Assembly (NCBI GenBank): GCA_943368365.1
Contig: CALRKZ020000001.1
Span: 29,128 to 93,127 of the forward strand
Direction of reading: 5' to 3'
Source of the DNA: Mesorhizobium carmichaelinearum
Lineage (GTDB): Bacteria > Cyanobacteriota > Cyanobacteriia > PCC-6307 > Cyanobiaceae
DNA: 64,000 nucleotides
Under the pieces are notes generated by a model. The model was not told the origin of the DNA, made no database searches, and worked only from the letters and a program-made list of their open reading frames with translations. This document shows, one piece after another, positions 29,664 through 39,995 of the stretch; the stretch's first letter is position 1, and every line of letters starts with the position of its first letter. Both the position numbers and the translations under genes were made by a program.

Positions 29664-30334
29664 TCCACCTCACTGTGGCCGCACCGATGGGCATCGATTC
29701 GGTGTTCTTCAGCTTCATTGAGCGGCTGGCCGTGCAGAACGGCCATCTCTGCGTGGATCCGCCGGCCCAGCAACTGGATGAACTCGAGCCGGGTGGCTGG
29801 ATCGAGGCGATGAGAAGCAGCAGCCAGCATCATTTCGTGATCGGCTATCGCTATCCACCCGCCTATTGGAAAGTCTTGGCGGAGAGTGCCAGCACCGTGT
29901 GCCTCTTAGCCGACCCTGACGGGATCGCTCGACAGGTTGAGCATATAAATAAGAATAGCACTGATGATCACGTAGATTCCGAACTGCGTTCCAGCGTCGA
30001 GGCTGTACGACATGCCCTCGAAGCCACCATCGAATTGATGGAATTGATCCTTACTGATGACGTATGTCGAGCAGGCATCATTCCTCACGCAGAGGCGTTT
30101 CTCACTTATCCTCACGAAGCATTCCAACGTCTTGAACGCTTTTACAGTCACTGCCGAGTGTCAGTCGACACACCATGCTGGAAGTCATTTAGCGATGAAG
30201 CAATCCCTCTTTTTCACCAGATACGGCCTGCAGATCAATTAGTCCGAAGGGAAATCCATAGGCTTCTCACCTTGGAAGAGGCCACACCGCAACGGCTCAA
30301 GGCAGTATCCGCGCTCTTCAGCGGAAATGCCTGA
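29660..30334 (+). CDS. Hypothetical protein spanning the GC-rich to AT-rich composition break
   Basis: ATGA-coupled to the upstream GT4 gene. The first ~240 nt are GC-rich and the remainder is visibly AT-rich. No family recognised. Confidence 0.4.
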   Translation: MIHLTVAAPMGIDSVFFSFIERLAVQNGHLCVDPPAQQLDELEPGGWIEAMRSSSQHHFVIGYRYPPAYWKVLAESASTVCLLADPDGIARQVEHINKNSTDDHVDSELRSSVEAVRHALEATIELMELILTDDVCRAGIIPHAEAFLTYPHEAFQRLERFYSHCRVSVDTPCWKSFSDEAIPLFHQIRPADQLVRREIHRLLTLEEATPQRLKAVSALFSGNA

Positions 30335-30632
30335 CTTAAGCTCCAGGGGAAATTCAGATTTTAAGACAACGTGCACTCCGCCTGAACCTCCTCTGCAGGA
30401 TATAAAACAAAAGGCTGCTTGCAAAAGCTTACGTCATTCATGATGTAGTGACCAATGCCCAAGTACTCGCCTCCATCAACAATAGAGATCCACACTCATG
30501 GAGACAAGTCAACCAGATCGTTGAGACGAATCACGGATAATGCGCGATCATCAGCGGGCACGACCAACTCAGCATAAAGAGAGATTGGCGTTGTCACCCT
30601 TTCCATGTTCTTACACCTCGACGATCACTGTC

Positions 30633-31700
30633 ATGATCCCTCTCACACTACACATTGGCACGCCGAAGACGGCGACCACAAGCATACAAGAGTCGCTTTG
30701 GCTTAATCGACAAGCACTAGAAGATCAAGGCACAGTCTTTTGCCACAATCTTGGGCAAACGAATAACATTGATCTGTTCCTTGCTTGCCTGCATCACAAT
30801 GAAGGTGGGTTTGGAATACTTGAGAATCGCGGGGTAATTGGACAAGCAGCCAGAGAGGAGTTTCGCCTTGATGTAACCAAGCGCTTGCATGCAAACACAA
30901 TCTCACGCGGGGAGTCGGACAAGACGAAGAGATTGATTGGATCAAGCGAGCACATGTGGTTTATGTGGAGCAACGTACATTTTCGCAACCTGAAGACCAT
31001 ACTTGAAGGTGCCAAAGTGAAGCTCCAGGAAGTCATTGTATACCTGAGACCTCAATCCGAACTCTTATACAGCGCGCTGTCCACAATGGTTAGAGACGGC
31101 TTCTGCATCGATGATATTGACGTAAGCCACCTAGACAATCATGAATTCAAGTATCTTCATTACTATGATCGGCTATCTGCTTGGAAGGTCAACTTTCCAG
31201 ATGCGTTTTTAAAGGTTTATCTCTTCAATGATCACAAGAAACAGATTATAAACCACTTCTATAGTGCATGCTCTCTTCCTAATATCAACACAGTTGATCC
31301 ACCAGTTATGAACGAAAGTCTTTCGGATATGGGAGTAGCCATACTCGCTGAGCTTAATCGCAGATTTTTAGCAGAATTGACACGTCATGAAGTAGTGCGA
31401 TATCTGAAAGAAGACAACACTCGATCTCGGCTGGGCAAGCTGATTGAACTTCATTTTCCCGGCAAACCAACACCCACAATGGAAGTTGTTGAAGCCATTA
31501 ATCAATACTACCAACAAGATAACAAAACTTTGATCGATGAATACTTTCCCGAAAGATCGCTAACTGACCTCTGTCCCAGGCCCACAAGATTTGCCGACAG
31601 GTACGCCAAGAGTGCTTCACGAGATGACGCAAAAGGAGTTATAGAAATGCTGCTTAGCTGCATGGAAGAATCATCTACTAGCATGACTAAACTAAGTTAA
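30633..31700 (+). CDS. Sulfotransferase-like P-loop protein (putative)
   Basis: LHIGTPKTATTSIQ near the N-terminus and VIVYLRPQSELLYSALS later on. This is the HxGxxKTGTTxxQ ... R.q.....S pattern seen in a bacterial sulfotransferase-like family. AT-rich gene. Confidence 0.45.
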   Translation: MIPLTLHIGTPKTATTSIQESLWLNRQALEDQGTVFCHNLGQTNNIDLFLACLHHNEGGFGILENRGVIGQAAREEFRLDVTKRLHANTISRGESDKTKRLIGSSEHMWFMWSNVHFRNLKTILEGAKVKLQEVIVYLRPQSELLYSALSTMVRDGFCIDDIDVSHLDNHEFKYLHYYDRLSAWKVNFPDAFLKVYLFNDHKKQIINHFYSACSLPNINTVDPPVMNESLSDMGVAILAELNRRFLAELTRHEVVRYLKEDNTRSRLGKLIELHFPGKPTPTMEVVEAINQYYQQDNKTLIDEYFPERSLTDLCPRPTRFADRYAKSASRDDAKGVIEMLLSCMEESSTSMTKLS

Positions 31701-31766
31701 CAGCTCAATTGGGGCTACATGTAAGCAATCAATGAGCCACCTTTCAAGCACTACGATCTTGTCTGA

Positions 31767-32303
31767 GAATATCTCTACAAGAAGGCCATTGCGCGCTGCT
31801 ACCAACGCAGCAATTGGCAGCGCTCCCACGTCCATTTCGCCAGGAATCTCCTAGTCAAAGTGCCCAAGGGTAGCCGGGGCATGGTGTCTGCCACTCTGCG
31901 TTTGGTGTTCGTGCAGCCCAATGCGCAAGCCGTTGAGCAGCATTGAGGCTAGGTGATCACGATCCTCAGTGAGAAGTTCCCCGCTGCTTCCACCCTGATG
32001 GAGCAAGGGAGGGTGGTCGTGCTGGCTTGCACAACCATCCCGCCTGAGAACAGGCCAAAGATCTTGAGCACAAATCCACTGGAGCGGCTCAACAGGGAGA
32101 TCAAACGCAGGACCAGCTTGGTGGGGATCTTCCCCCAATGCCGCAACGATATCCGCTTGGTGAGTGCCCTGCTGCTGGAGCAGCAGGAACAATGTCAGCT
32201 CGATGCCCGTCGCGTTTTCTCCGAGCTATCGATGGCCAAGTTGGACAGCACCAGCAAACAGGGCCAAGATAAACCCATAGCTGCACTTGCTGGAGCTGCC
32301 TGA
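31767..32303 (+). pseudogene. IS256-family (Mutator-type) transposase, 3' fragment with two in-frame stops
   Basis: WQRSHVHFARNLLVKVPKGSRGMVSATLRLVF...STNPLERLNREIKRRTSLVGIFP are the conserved IS256 C-terminal motifs. Only about the last 175 codons are present. In-frame TGA at 31944 and TAG at 31950. Confidence 0.85.
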
Positions 32304-32415
32304 ACACTGATCTCAGATCCGGTCACTGACCTCTGGATTTAAAGCACACCATGAGAGGTGACCAATCGGGATCGATCTGCCCTAAATTAAGTGCGCAGCA
32401 AGCTAATGAAAGCTC

Positions 32416-33153
32416 ATGATAGCTGAGCGTGTGACCACTAAGATCATAAGTCTTGATACAGACGAGTCAAGACGCGCCCCTCTTTTGGAGATGCTTCAGG
32501 GAACTTCGCTATTTGATGCTTCAATTCATTCAGCATGCCCAGGGGCAACACTACCTAGAATCGTCCTTGAACAACTGGCGAAAGACAAGGCCTGGGCTGA
32601 ATTGCGGGGTACCATGGGATGCTTTCTATCCCATGTGAGAGCATGGGAGGAGATCGTCGCTAATAAACACGACTTTGCACTGATTCTTGAGGATGACATC
32701 GATCCACGTGATCTCGCACGCATCACAGAGATTTCTCTTCCTCCAGACTTTGACATAGTTTTTGTAAATTCAAGAATGTCCCCCAAGGCCAAAGCTAAAC
32801 CCATAGAAGTCCTAGAGATAACATCAGCACTTGAGCATCTAGAATACAAAACCGAGCGAAAGGGAAGTGGCGGCGATGGCTACATCCTATCATTAAACGG
32901 AGCAAAGTCACTTCTAGCCGCCATCGAGCAAGATGGGTTTTATGGACATGTCGACGGTCGACTCCTACGCTACTCCGTCACCGAAAATGATCTTCGCGTT
33001 TTACCCAGTGACGCAGTTGTTGCATACATAATTAGGTTTCACCACAGCAAGACGAGGCCTCCACTTATGGGAATTCTACGCTCTTTCACCCTTTCTTGGC
33101 CTCTCGTCTGGCCACGAAAGACTCAAAGTCGGCGAGAGCAAATAGACCAGTAA
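32416..33153 (+). CDS. Glycosyltransferase family 25
   Basis: GTMGCFLSHVRAWEEIVANKHDFALILEDDI matches the GT25 core (GC.lSH...w......... .lIlEDD). Followed by GGDGYILSLNGAKSLL. Confidence 0.7.
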   Translation: MIAERVTTKIISLDTDESRRAPLLEMLQGTSLFDASIHSACPGATLPRIVLEQLAKDKAWAELRGTMGCFLSHVRAWEEIVANKHDFALILEDDIDPRDLARITEISLPPDFDIVFVNSRMSPKAKAKPIEVLEITSALEHLEYKTERKGSGGDGYILSLNGAKSLLAAIEQDGFYGHVDGRLLRYSVTENDLRVLPSDAVVAYIIRFHHSKTRPPLMGILRSFTLSWPLVWPRKTQSRREQIDQ

Positions 33154-33613
33154 CACACATTCCAAAGACGCTGAAGAAGGATTCATTATATCCAGCCTAT
33201 ACAATCCCTAAGGCGCCATTGACCTACCCCCCCCTCCCTTTGTTTAGGTGCAGCATGCAAGTTATCACATTAATCCATTGATTCAGATGGCGTGCCTAGC
33301 ATTAAGGAGGCTGTCATTACTCCAGCCCGTCTGCTGGGTAGCAGGCTAGCCTTCTCTGATGGGTAGTGCGAAGACAGCAGGAATGTAGAGGCTTTCACTT
33401 TTCATGCATCTGTCCCGTTCAATGAGGTTGGTGGACAGCGTCAATCTTGTTGACTGGTGGCATGCTCCTGTTTTGCCCTATCGTGACTAGGCCGTCGAGT
33501 GACGTCAATGAAGTTTGCTTTCTGGCGACCATCTCAAGGCTGGTGAACCAGTTTCGTGTCGCAGCCGGGCTTCTAGCGAGGTGGACTGGAGCTGGCCTCG
33601 ATCATCACGTCCT

Positions 33614-34627
33614 TTATGCCTGCATGAATGACGTTTGCCGGTATCTGAAATTGATGGAAGCCCATGCAGCGGCTTGCTTCTGGCGGCAGCTCTCCCCTTG
33701 AATGCCAACGATCTGGCAGTGGTGCACCAGCCGGTCCACCGCGGCCACGCGCATCGATCCGCCGGTGAAGATCTCATCCCACTCCCGGAACGGCTGATTG
33801 GAGGTCACCAGCAGGGAGCGGCGCTCGTAGCGGTGGCAATCAGCTCGAACAGCATCGAGGTCTCCAGCTCGCTGCGGCGCACGTAGCTGACGACATCGAT
33901 CACCAGCAGGGCGTAGCGATCCAGCCTCTGGATCAGGGCCGGCAGCTCGTAGCTGGCCTTGGCCATCTGCAGCAGATGCAGCAAGGAGGTGGCCGGAAAG
34001 AAGCGGCAGGCCTGGTCCTGCTCGATCATGGCCATCGTGATGGCGATGGCCAGGTGGGTCTTGCCCACGCCGCTGGGGCCGTAGCCCTTGGGCTTCTGCG
34101 AAGCAGTACAGCAGCAGATTCTCGGCCTGCAGCAGCCAGGTGTGGCTGCGGGAGAGCACCTGCAGCTCCTGCCAGTGCTTGGGCTCGAGGTGTTGGTGAT
34201 CAAACCCGTCGAGGCCCTTCTGCCATGGGAGATGGGTCTCCCGCAGCAGGCGTTGGCGCCGTGTGATCTGGCGGTGGTCGTCCTCCTGCTCGCAGAGGGC
34301 ATAGAGGAACTGGCCGGGGCTTCAGCCCTGGGCCTCAGCCTGCTGCACGAGAGGCGCCAGTGGCTGCCGAACCGCGCCAGCTTGAGCTGTTTGAGCAGCA
34401 GCGGTAGGGCCGCTTCCACCGCCTGCGAGCGCGGCACCGGGGAGGAGGTGGTCATAGGAGGCCAGCTGGTGTTGGGGAATCACGGGATCAGGCAGGGTGC
34501 TCCGGCGAGGCGGCACCCGGAAGCGCTGCTGCAGGAGCGAGAGAGAGAGGGTTTGGCGCTGCTGGGCCTGCTGTAGAAAGGTGAGCACCAGCTCAAAGGA
34601 CGCCACCCGCACCGCGACATACAGCGC
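33614..34627 (-). pseudogene. IS21-family remnant: IstA C-terminal tail plus frameshifted IstB helper ATPase
   Basis: IstB pieces lie in two frames. One has LLLKQLKLARFGSHW... and YGPSGVGKTHLAIAITMAMIEQDQACRFF. The other has RYERRSLLVTSNQPFREWDEIFTGGSMRVAAVDRLVHHCQIV. Upstream is an IstA-like end (QHQLASYDHLL). Confidence 0.8.
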
Positions 34628-34631
34628 CTAG

Positions 34632-35826
34632 GAGGCTGCTGAACAACCAGCCTCTCCGCGGGAGAATGGTCCAACGGCACTGAGCGGCGGCGCGTCCAGC
34701 AGGAGCGGACCGGTCCCTTGTTCTCGTATATCTCCACCGAGGAGCGGATCCCCAGGTCCCATCCCCTGCGGCAGGTCCGGCGGCTGGCGGATCAAGCCCT
34801 CGATCGGCTCAACCCCACCTTCTGCAGGCCCTACCCCGAGGGTGGCCGCCCCTCGATCCCGCCGGAGCAGCTGCCGCTGGACCTGTTGCTGCAGGCGATC
34901 TGCGGCATTCGCTCGGAGCGGATGCTGATCGAGCAGCTGGATTACATCCTGCTGTTCCGCTGGTTCGTCGCCCTGAACCCGGACGACCCCGTCTGGCATC
35001 CGAGCACGTTCACCAAGAACCGCGACCGGCTGCTCAACGAGGAGCTGATGGTCCGGTTCCTGGAGTTGCCGAGATGGCCTGGCCGGAGGTCAAGCCGCTG
35101 CTGAGTTCCGAAGCGATGGCCAGGCCGGATTCTTCCGCAAGTCGGGCGGCACCGGGGCTTCCCTCAGCCACCTGGGCCATTGCTTCATGGAGAACCGCGT
35201 CGCACCGCAAGGTGCGCCTTCCGGCGCAACGCTCTGGTGGTGGCCAGTGTGGTGACCCCGGCGGACGGATACAGCGAGCGGGCAGCGGCGATCCGGATGG
35301 CCCGGTCGCTCCCAGGCGTCCACCAGAAGACACTGGGTGCCGACAAGGGTTACGACATCAGGGATTGTTTCGCCGACCTGCGAATCAGTGGCATCACGCC
35401 CCATGGGGCGGAGAACATCCAGGCCCGCCGCCGCTCCTCCAAAGATGGCCGCACCGTGCGTCATCCGGGCGACGCCCAATCCATGCACGCCAGGAAGCGG
35501 ATCGAGCACGTGTTTGGCTGGATCAAACAGGCCGCCGGGCTGCGGCAGCTCAAGGCCAGGGGGCGATCACGGGTGGAAGCGGTGTTCCGGCTGCATGGGG
35601 TGCCCTGCAACCTGATCCGCCTGGCGAATCTGCTCAGCCCACGGGAGGTGCTGGCAAGAAACGGGAAGGGCTGCGCCATCAGCAGAGATCAGCACCGGGA
35701 CCACGGCACAACGGCCATGAACAGTCGCTCGATGGATTGAACCGCACTGCCGACCAGGGCTATCCGTGGCCCGCACAACAACAACGGTGGGGTGGGGCTC
35801 GGATTGGCGGCTCTTTCAGCAGCCCC
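34632..35826 (+). mobile_element. IS5-family insertion sequence with imperfect terminal inverted repeats and CTAG flanks
   Basis: Left end gaggctgctgaacaaccagcc against the reverse complement of the right end ggggctgctgaaagagccgcc. That is 17/22 matches when the flanking g is counted. CTAG lies directly outside both ends (34628..34631 and 35827..35830). Confidence 0.8.
34718..35740 (+). pseudogene. IS5-family DDE transposase, frameshifted
   Basis: The N-terminal InsH-like domain (RPSIPPEQLPLDLLLQAICGIRSERMLIEQLDYILLFRWFV) is in one frame. The DDE_Tnp_1 part (LGADKGYD...RKRIEHVFGWIKQ..GLRQLKARG) is in another frame from about 35180. Confidence 0.8.
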
Positions 35827-35870
35827 CTAGACTTGTTATCATTAATGACACGTCCTTAAATGAGAACTCA

Positions 35871-36602
35871 ATGAAATTAGCTCCTCCGACTCCTTTACTT
35901 GTCATTAACCTAGAGAAGAGTGTTGATCGCAGGGCAAGAATGGAGGAGCAACTGTCGCGCCATGAGAATTTTAACTGGAGTTTTGTAAAAGCTGTAGACG
36001 GCAGGCTTTTACCTGATTCTGCAGCGTTCTCTCTTTGCGAGAATACTCACTGGAGCAAGACATCAAAAGGAACTATTGGGTGCTTCCTCAGTCATGTCAA
36101 GTGCTGGGAGCTTGTAAGAAACTCGGGAGCACCATATTCAATCATTCTTGAAGATGATTCGGTTCTTCTCGCGCTTGACCAATTGTACACTCTTGACATT
36201 CCCGAGGACACTGACATTCTTTATATCAATGAAAGAATGTCTCTCCCGATAACTGATTCACACCATACGTGCTATCCCGTTACGCGAGGCATCATCGGTC
36301 ACAGTCAACAATCTCGTTTCTGGGGTCCCGGCACAGACGGCTATCTGCTGGCAGCCGACGGGGCCGCAAAACTGTTACGCGCAATACAGGTCGATAAGTT
36401 TTATGGAAATACAGATGGCAGAGTACTGCGATACTGCACTAATGAAGCGGATGCCAAGAACCTTCCTGAAGGGTCAAAGATCAAACGTATCATTCTTGAA
36501 AATCACAGTAGATCGCCCGTTCCACAAATGAATCTGCTGAATGGTTATGTCGTTTCGCCTCCCCTGGTTCAAGCCGGGGGCTTTCCAAGCGTAAGAGAAT
36601 AG
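35871..36602 (+). CDS. Glycosyltransferase family 25 (divergent paralog of 32416..33153)
   Basis: LLVINLEKSVDRRARMEEQL and GTIGCFLSHVKCWELVRNSGAPYSIILEDDS form the GT25 core. ATG at 35871 lies inside ORF 35766..36602. Confidence 0.7.
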   Translation: MKLAPPTPLLVINLEKSVDRRARMEEQLSRHENFNWSFVKAVDGRLLPDSAAFSLCENTHWSKTSKGTIGCFLSHVKCWELVRNSGAPYSIILEDDSVLLALDQLYTLDIPEDTDILYINERMSLPITDSHHTCYPVTRGIIGHSQQSRFWGPGTDGYLLAADGAAKLLRAIQVDKFYGNTDGRVLRYCTNEADAKNLPEGSKIKRIILENHSRSPVPQMNLLNGYVVSPPLVQAGGFPSVRE

Positions 36603-36799
36603 GTGCGCCTAAGCCCCCGATAAAGCCAGGATTTCTTGAGTGACACAATTAGATCGGACTCAATTAATGCATTTTCAACAATAATCGGCTGAGATGACAG
36701 CCTCCTTCTTCATTTTTTACATGCATTGCACCATGGGCGACAACAAGCTTTTCACTTGAGAATTTCTTTCTCCTATTCCACGAACTGGCCTCTGACTGA

Positions 36800-37035
36800 T
36801 CGGTGATCAGCAAGACCCATTGCGGGAGAACTGCGCAGCCGAGCTGAGCGGATGCACGTCCGGCAAGAGCGGATCTGACCTCTGTTCTTCTAGGACTCCA
36901 CCGACGAGTGGATCCACAAGGCCCATCCTCTGCCGCAGGTCAGACGGCTAGCGGATCGGGACCTCAATCGGCAGCACCCCAGGTGGCCGCCCCTCACTCC
37001 CCAGAGCAGCAACTGGCAGTCCTTTTCTACAGCGG
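36800..37035 (+). repeat. Solo degenerate left end of the same IS5-family element
   Basis: gcgggagaa...ctgagcgg...ctccaccgacgagtggatccacaaggcccatcctctgccgcaggtcagacggctagcggatc aligns to 34655..34900 of the full IS, with an internal deletion. Same orientation. Confidence 0.65.
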
Positions 37036-37701
37036 AAGGCGTGTCCGCCTCCCCATCTGCCTTGAACCAATTCAGGCTAAACAGAGCTCGACGTGACCAG
37101 CTTGTAATGCAATGCCCATAGACGGGGATGGTTTCCTATCCTGGCTTGCAACCTGCTAGTTGTAACGGTGCTGGGAGTTAAGTGCCGTTATCTAAGGAGA
37201 GAAACTAGGTTCGTGTAGCTGTTAATGGTTGCTTGCCGAGCCATGCCACCTGCAGCAGCCTATCTACACGATCCAGCCTGCTCTGTATAGTGCTCCAAGC
37301 TGAGAAAAGGGAGAGAGGTCGATGTTTTTTACTTCGAATACCCTCCTGCAGCCCATGGAAGACACAGCTACCCAACTCGCAAAACCCTAAAGAATAAAGC
37401 TCTTCTCCGAGGCATGCGAGCACTACGAGCGCCTCAATGCTGCCAGCAGTGCGGCGGTTTCTGGATGAGCAGCAGAACATTGATCCCTTCCGCATGGTCT
37501 ATGGCGGAAATGACCGGAAAATCCCGCCCAGGGAATACATGGCAGACAAGCGAGGAGTTCCCCGCACGCTCAGTGGCCGTGAGGGACACCTCAACCCCGG
37601 CAGGATGGAGATGATAGCTATATCCACTAGCATTTTCCTTGTTCTATCGGCGGGCGATCAAAATTCATAGACATCAAAGGCACTGAGGAGCAGACTAAGT
37701 T

Positions 37702-38796
37702 TCACCACTTAGCGATTCTGCCATAGAGGCTTGGTGGATTGAGATTTGGAAGTAGATCCCCACGTTCATCAAGCTGCCCAAGTTTAGGATAGGTTCCAAT
37801 GAACGGATGTGGTGTATTGTCTCCCAGAATAATAGCCACAGAGGCGCTGCCATGGTCAGTGCCTCGTGAATCATTCTCGCGCAGCCTCCGACCGAACTCG
37901 CTGGTGGCCAGCAGCGTGACCTGGGGGCGAGCAGACATCAGCCCGAGGCCCCTCTCGAAGCTGGCCAGTGCGCCAGCCAGATCCGAAAGCACATGCTGAT
38001 GGCGTGTCGCCTGGCCGGCATGGGTGTCATAGCCGCCCTGCGACATCTGAATCACCGGGGGGGCGGCTCCCGATCCAATCAGCTGCAACGCCAGCGACAC
38101 CTGCTGACCGAGCCCACCACGAGGAATCGCCACCCCTTGCGGCAGCGGACGCAGGGCTCGCCTCAGCCGGATCAATTCCCTCCGGCTGTCCGCCTCCAGT
38201 TCGAGGATCCGCCGCAGCAGTGGGTGGTTGCCGGCCTCGGCAGGATCGAGCCCTTCCGACAGACGACCCTGCAACAGTGCCGGGGCCATCTGCAATGACA
38301 CGGCATGCCCCCCCTCCAGGGCCAGCGAACCGGATGGACCCAAGGCCACCAGCGGACCTCTCGACCCGCGGCGGTCGATGGCGGCAGCCAGCCAACCCGG
38401 GCCTGATCCGGTGAGCGAGCCGGTGGCCCACTGGTCGCTGGCCTTGAAATGGCTGCGGTTCGGCTGGGGCCAGCCCACCCCGAGAGCAAAGGCCAGCCGC
38501 CGGGCCTTCCAGATCGGATGCAGGGCAGCCAGGGCCGGATGAAGGATCAGATCCCGACCCAGAGCCGGCCCGTCATCCACCGCCAGGCTCGGGCGGGCCT
38601 GGCGGTAGAGCGGATCTCGGAACGGAATCACGGTGTTGAGGCCATCGTTCCCACCCCGCAGTTCCAGCAGAACCAGCACCCTGTCGCGCTTCGTGCCGGC
38701 ATTCGCGCTCCGCTGGAGCTCAGCCATCCATGCCGACAGGGCCAGACTGGCCGCCAGCGCTTCAGCACTGCGCTGCAGGAAGCCACGACGGTTCAT
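37702..38796 (-). CDS. DUF1501 domain protein with Tat-type signal
   Basis: MNRRGFLQRSAEALAASLAL is a twin-arginine signal. Also present are LELRGGNDGLN, GGYDTHAGQ and TSEFGRRLRENDSRGTDHG. ATGA overlap with the upstream DUF1800 gene. Confidence 0.85.
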   Translation of the reverse strand: MNRRGFLQRSAEALAASLALSAWMAELQRSANAGTKRDRVLVLLELRGGNDGLNTVIPFRDPLYRQARPSLAVDDGPALGRDLILHPALAALHPIWKARRLAFALGVGWPQPNRSHFKASDQWATGSLTGSGPGWLAAAIDRRGSRGPLVALGPSGSLALEGGHAVSLQMAPALLQGRLSEGLDPAEAGNHPLLRRILELEADSRRELIRLRRALRPLPQGVAIPRGGLGQQVSLALQLIGSGAAPPVIQMSQGGYDTHAGQATRHQHVLSDLAGALASFERGLGLMSARPQVTLLATSEFGRRLRENDSRGTDHGSASVAIILGDNTPHPFIGTYPKLGQLDERGDLLPNLNPPSLYGRIAKW

Positions 38797-39995
38797 GTGA
38801 ACTGCCATGCGGGATCGGAGAACAGCCGACCCATGGCCTCCCTCGACGCGGGGATGGGCAACGTCAGCGTCAGTGGCGGGATGGCGGTCAGGCCGGGTTC
38901 GAGAATCCGGGGCAAGCGATGGGAAGCCCACACCTCCTCATCCGCCAGCAGGGCCTGCAGGCCACGTACCCGGGCATGCAGCCAGCGCAGCTTGATCCAC
39001 TCGTCGTTCACTGGCCATCCCTTCACGGATGGTGGATCGAAGGGCTCCTGGCCCATGCGGCCGAGGTGCTCCCGGGCAATCTGAACGGCATCCGGATGGC
39101 GAGTGCCCAGCAACCTCAGGCTGCGCGCCATCATCGTCAACGGATCATCGAGACGCTGGCCCCTGCCGGCCGCCACGGCTGCCCGCCGCAGTTCAGCCAT
39201 CAGCCATGGCAGGGAAAGCCCCTGCTGGCGCCAGCGCTGCGCAACGGACTCAAGCCGTGCCGGAGACGGCAAAGCCCCCACCAGCCTTGGCCAGAGACGA
39301 CGCACCAGGTTCATGGCTGTGGAAGGTTGTTCGCAGAGCCAGGCAACCAGCAGCGGCCCATCGAAACGATCCTGCCGGCCCAGAATCACCTTCGGGCCCG
39401 CATCATGACGACCGGAATCGATGAACAACGTGCCATCGGGCGCCCGACGGTAACCCGTGAGAGCCCTGGCCGCTTCGCTCACATCGCGCTCGCCATAGCG
39501 CCCCTCTCCGATGGAGAACAACTCGAGCAGCTCACGGGCGAGGTTCTCATTCGGGTTGGCTCGATGGCTCTCAAGGCCGTTCAGCGAGATCTGCAGCGCG
39601 GGGTCATTCACCATCGCCTGCAGCAGATCGGTATAGGTGCCCCGCAGGTTGTCGCGGATGGCCGCGATCTGATCGTCCAGCACCCGAACGTCCACCAGCT
39701 GGCGCCATGACACGGGAAAGAGCCCCAGCCAGAGCTGCACCAGCTGGTCTTCGGTGCGGGACTCAGCAAAAGCCAACCGCTCCAGCCAGCGAACCTGCAG
39801 GGCATGGGCCTCGGGGATCTTGCACTCGAATGGCCGTTTCGGCGTCCCGATCGGAGGGCATCCGCTCATCGCCAGCACACCGGGAACACGCCTACTGAAG
39901 CTCGCTTCCATCCCCCTGACGACGACACGGCACCGGAGCATCCATGACTGAATGTGCCCAGCCGTGTTGGCGGCTGCTGCATCATTGATGACCAA
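38793..39995 (-). CDS. DUF1800 domain protein
   Basis: RELLELFSIGEGRYGERDVSEAARALTGY and GRHDAGPKVILG are typical of DUF1800. It is paired with DUF1501, as is usual. The start is uncertain. Confidence 0.75.
   Translation of the reverse strand: MVINDAAAANTAGHIQSWMLRCRVVVRGMEASFSRRVPGVLAMSGCPPIGTPKRPFECKIPEAHALQVRWLERLAFAESRTEDQLVQLWLGLFPVSWRQLVDVRVLDDQIAAIRDNLRGTYTDLLQAMVNDPALQISLNGLESHRANPNENLARELLELFSIGEGRYGERDVSEAARALTGYRRAPDGTLFIDSGRHDAGPKVILGRQDRFDGPLLVAWLCEQPSTAMNLVRRLWPRLVGALPSPARLESVAQRWRQQGLSLPWLMAELRRAAVAAGRGQRLDDPLTMMARSLRLLGTRHPDAVQIAREHLGRMGQEPFDPPSVKGWPVNDEWIKLRWLHARVRGLQALLADEEVWASHRLPRILEPGLTAIPPLTLTLPIPASREAMGRLFSDPAWQFT

Noticed and set aside
36908-37096. 62 aa ORF
   Set aside because: It is an out-of-frame reading of the solo IS5 left-end remnant. 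The homologous frame of the intact IS is interrupted here.
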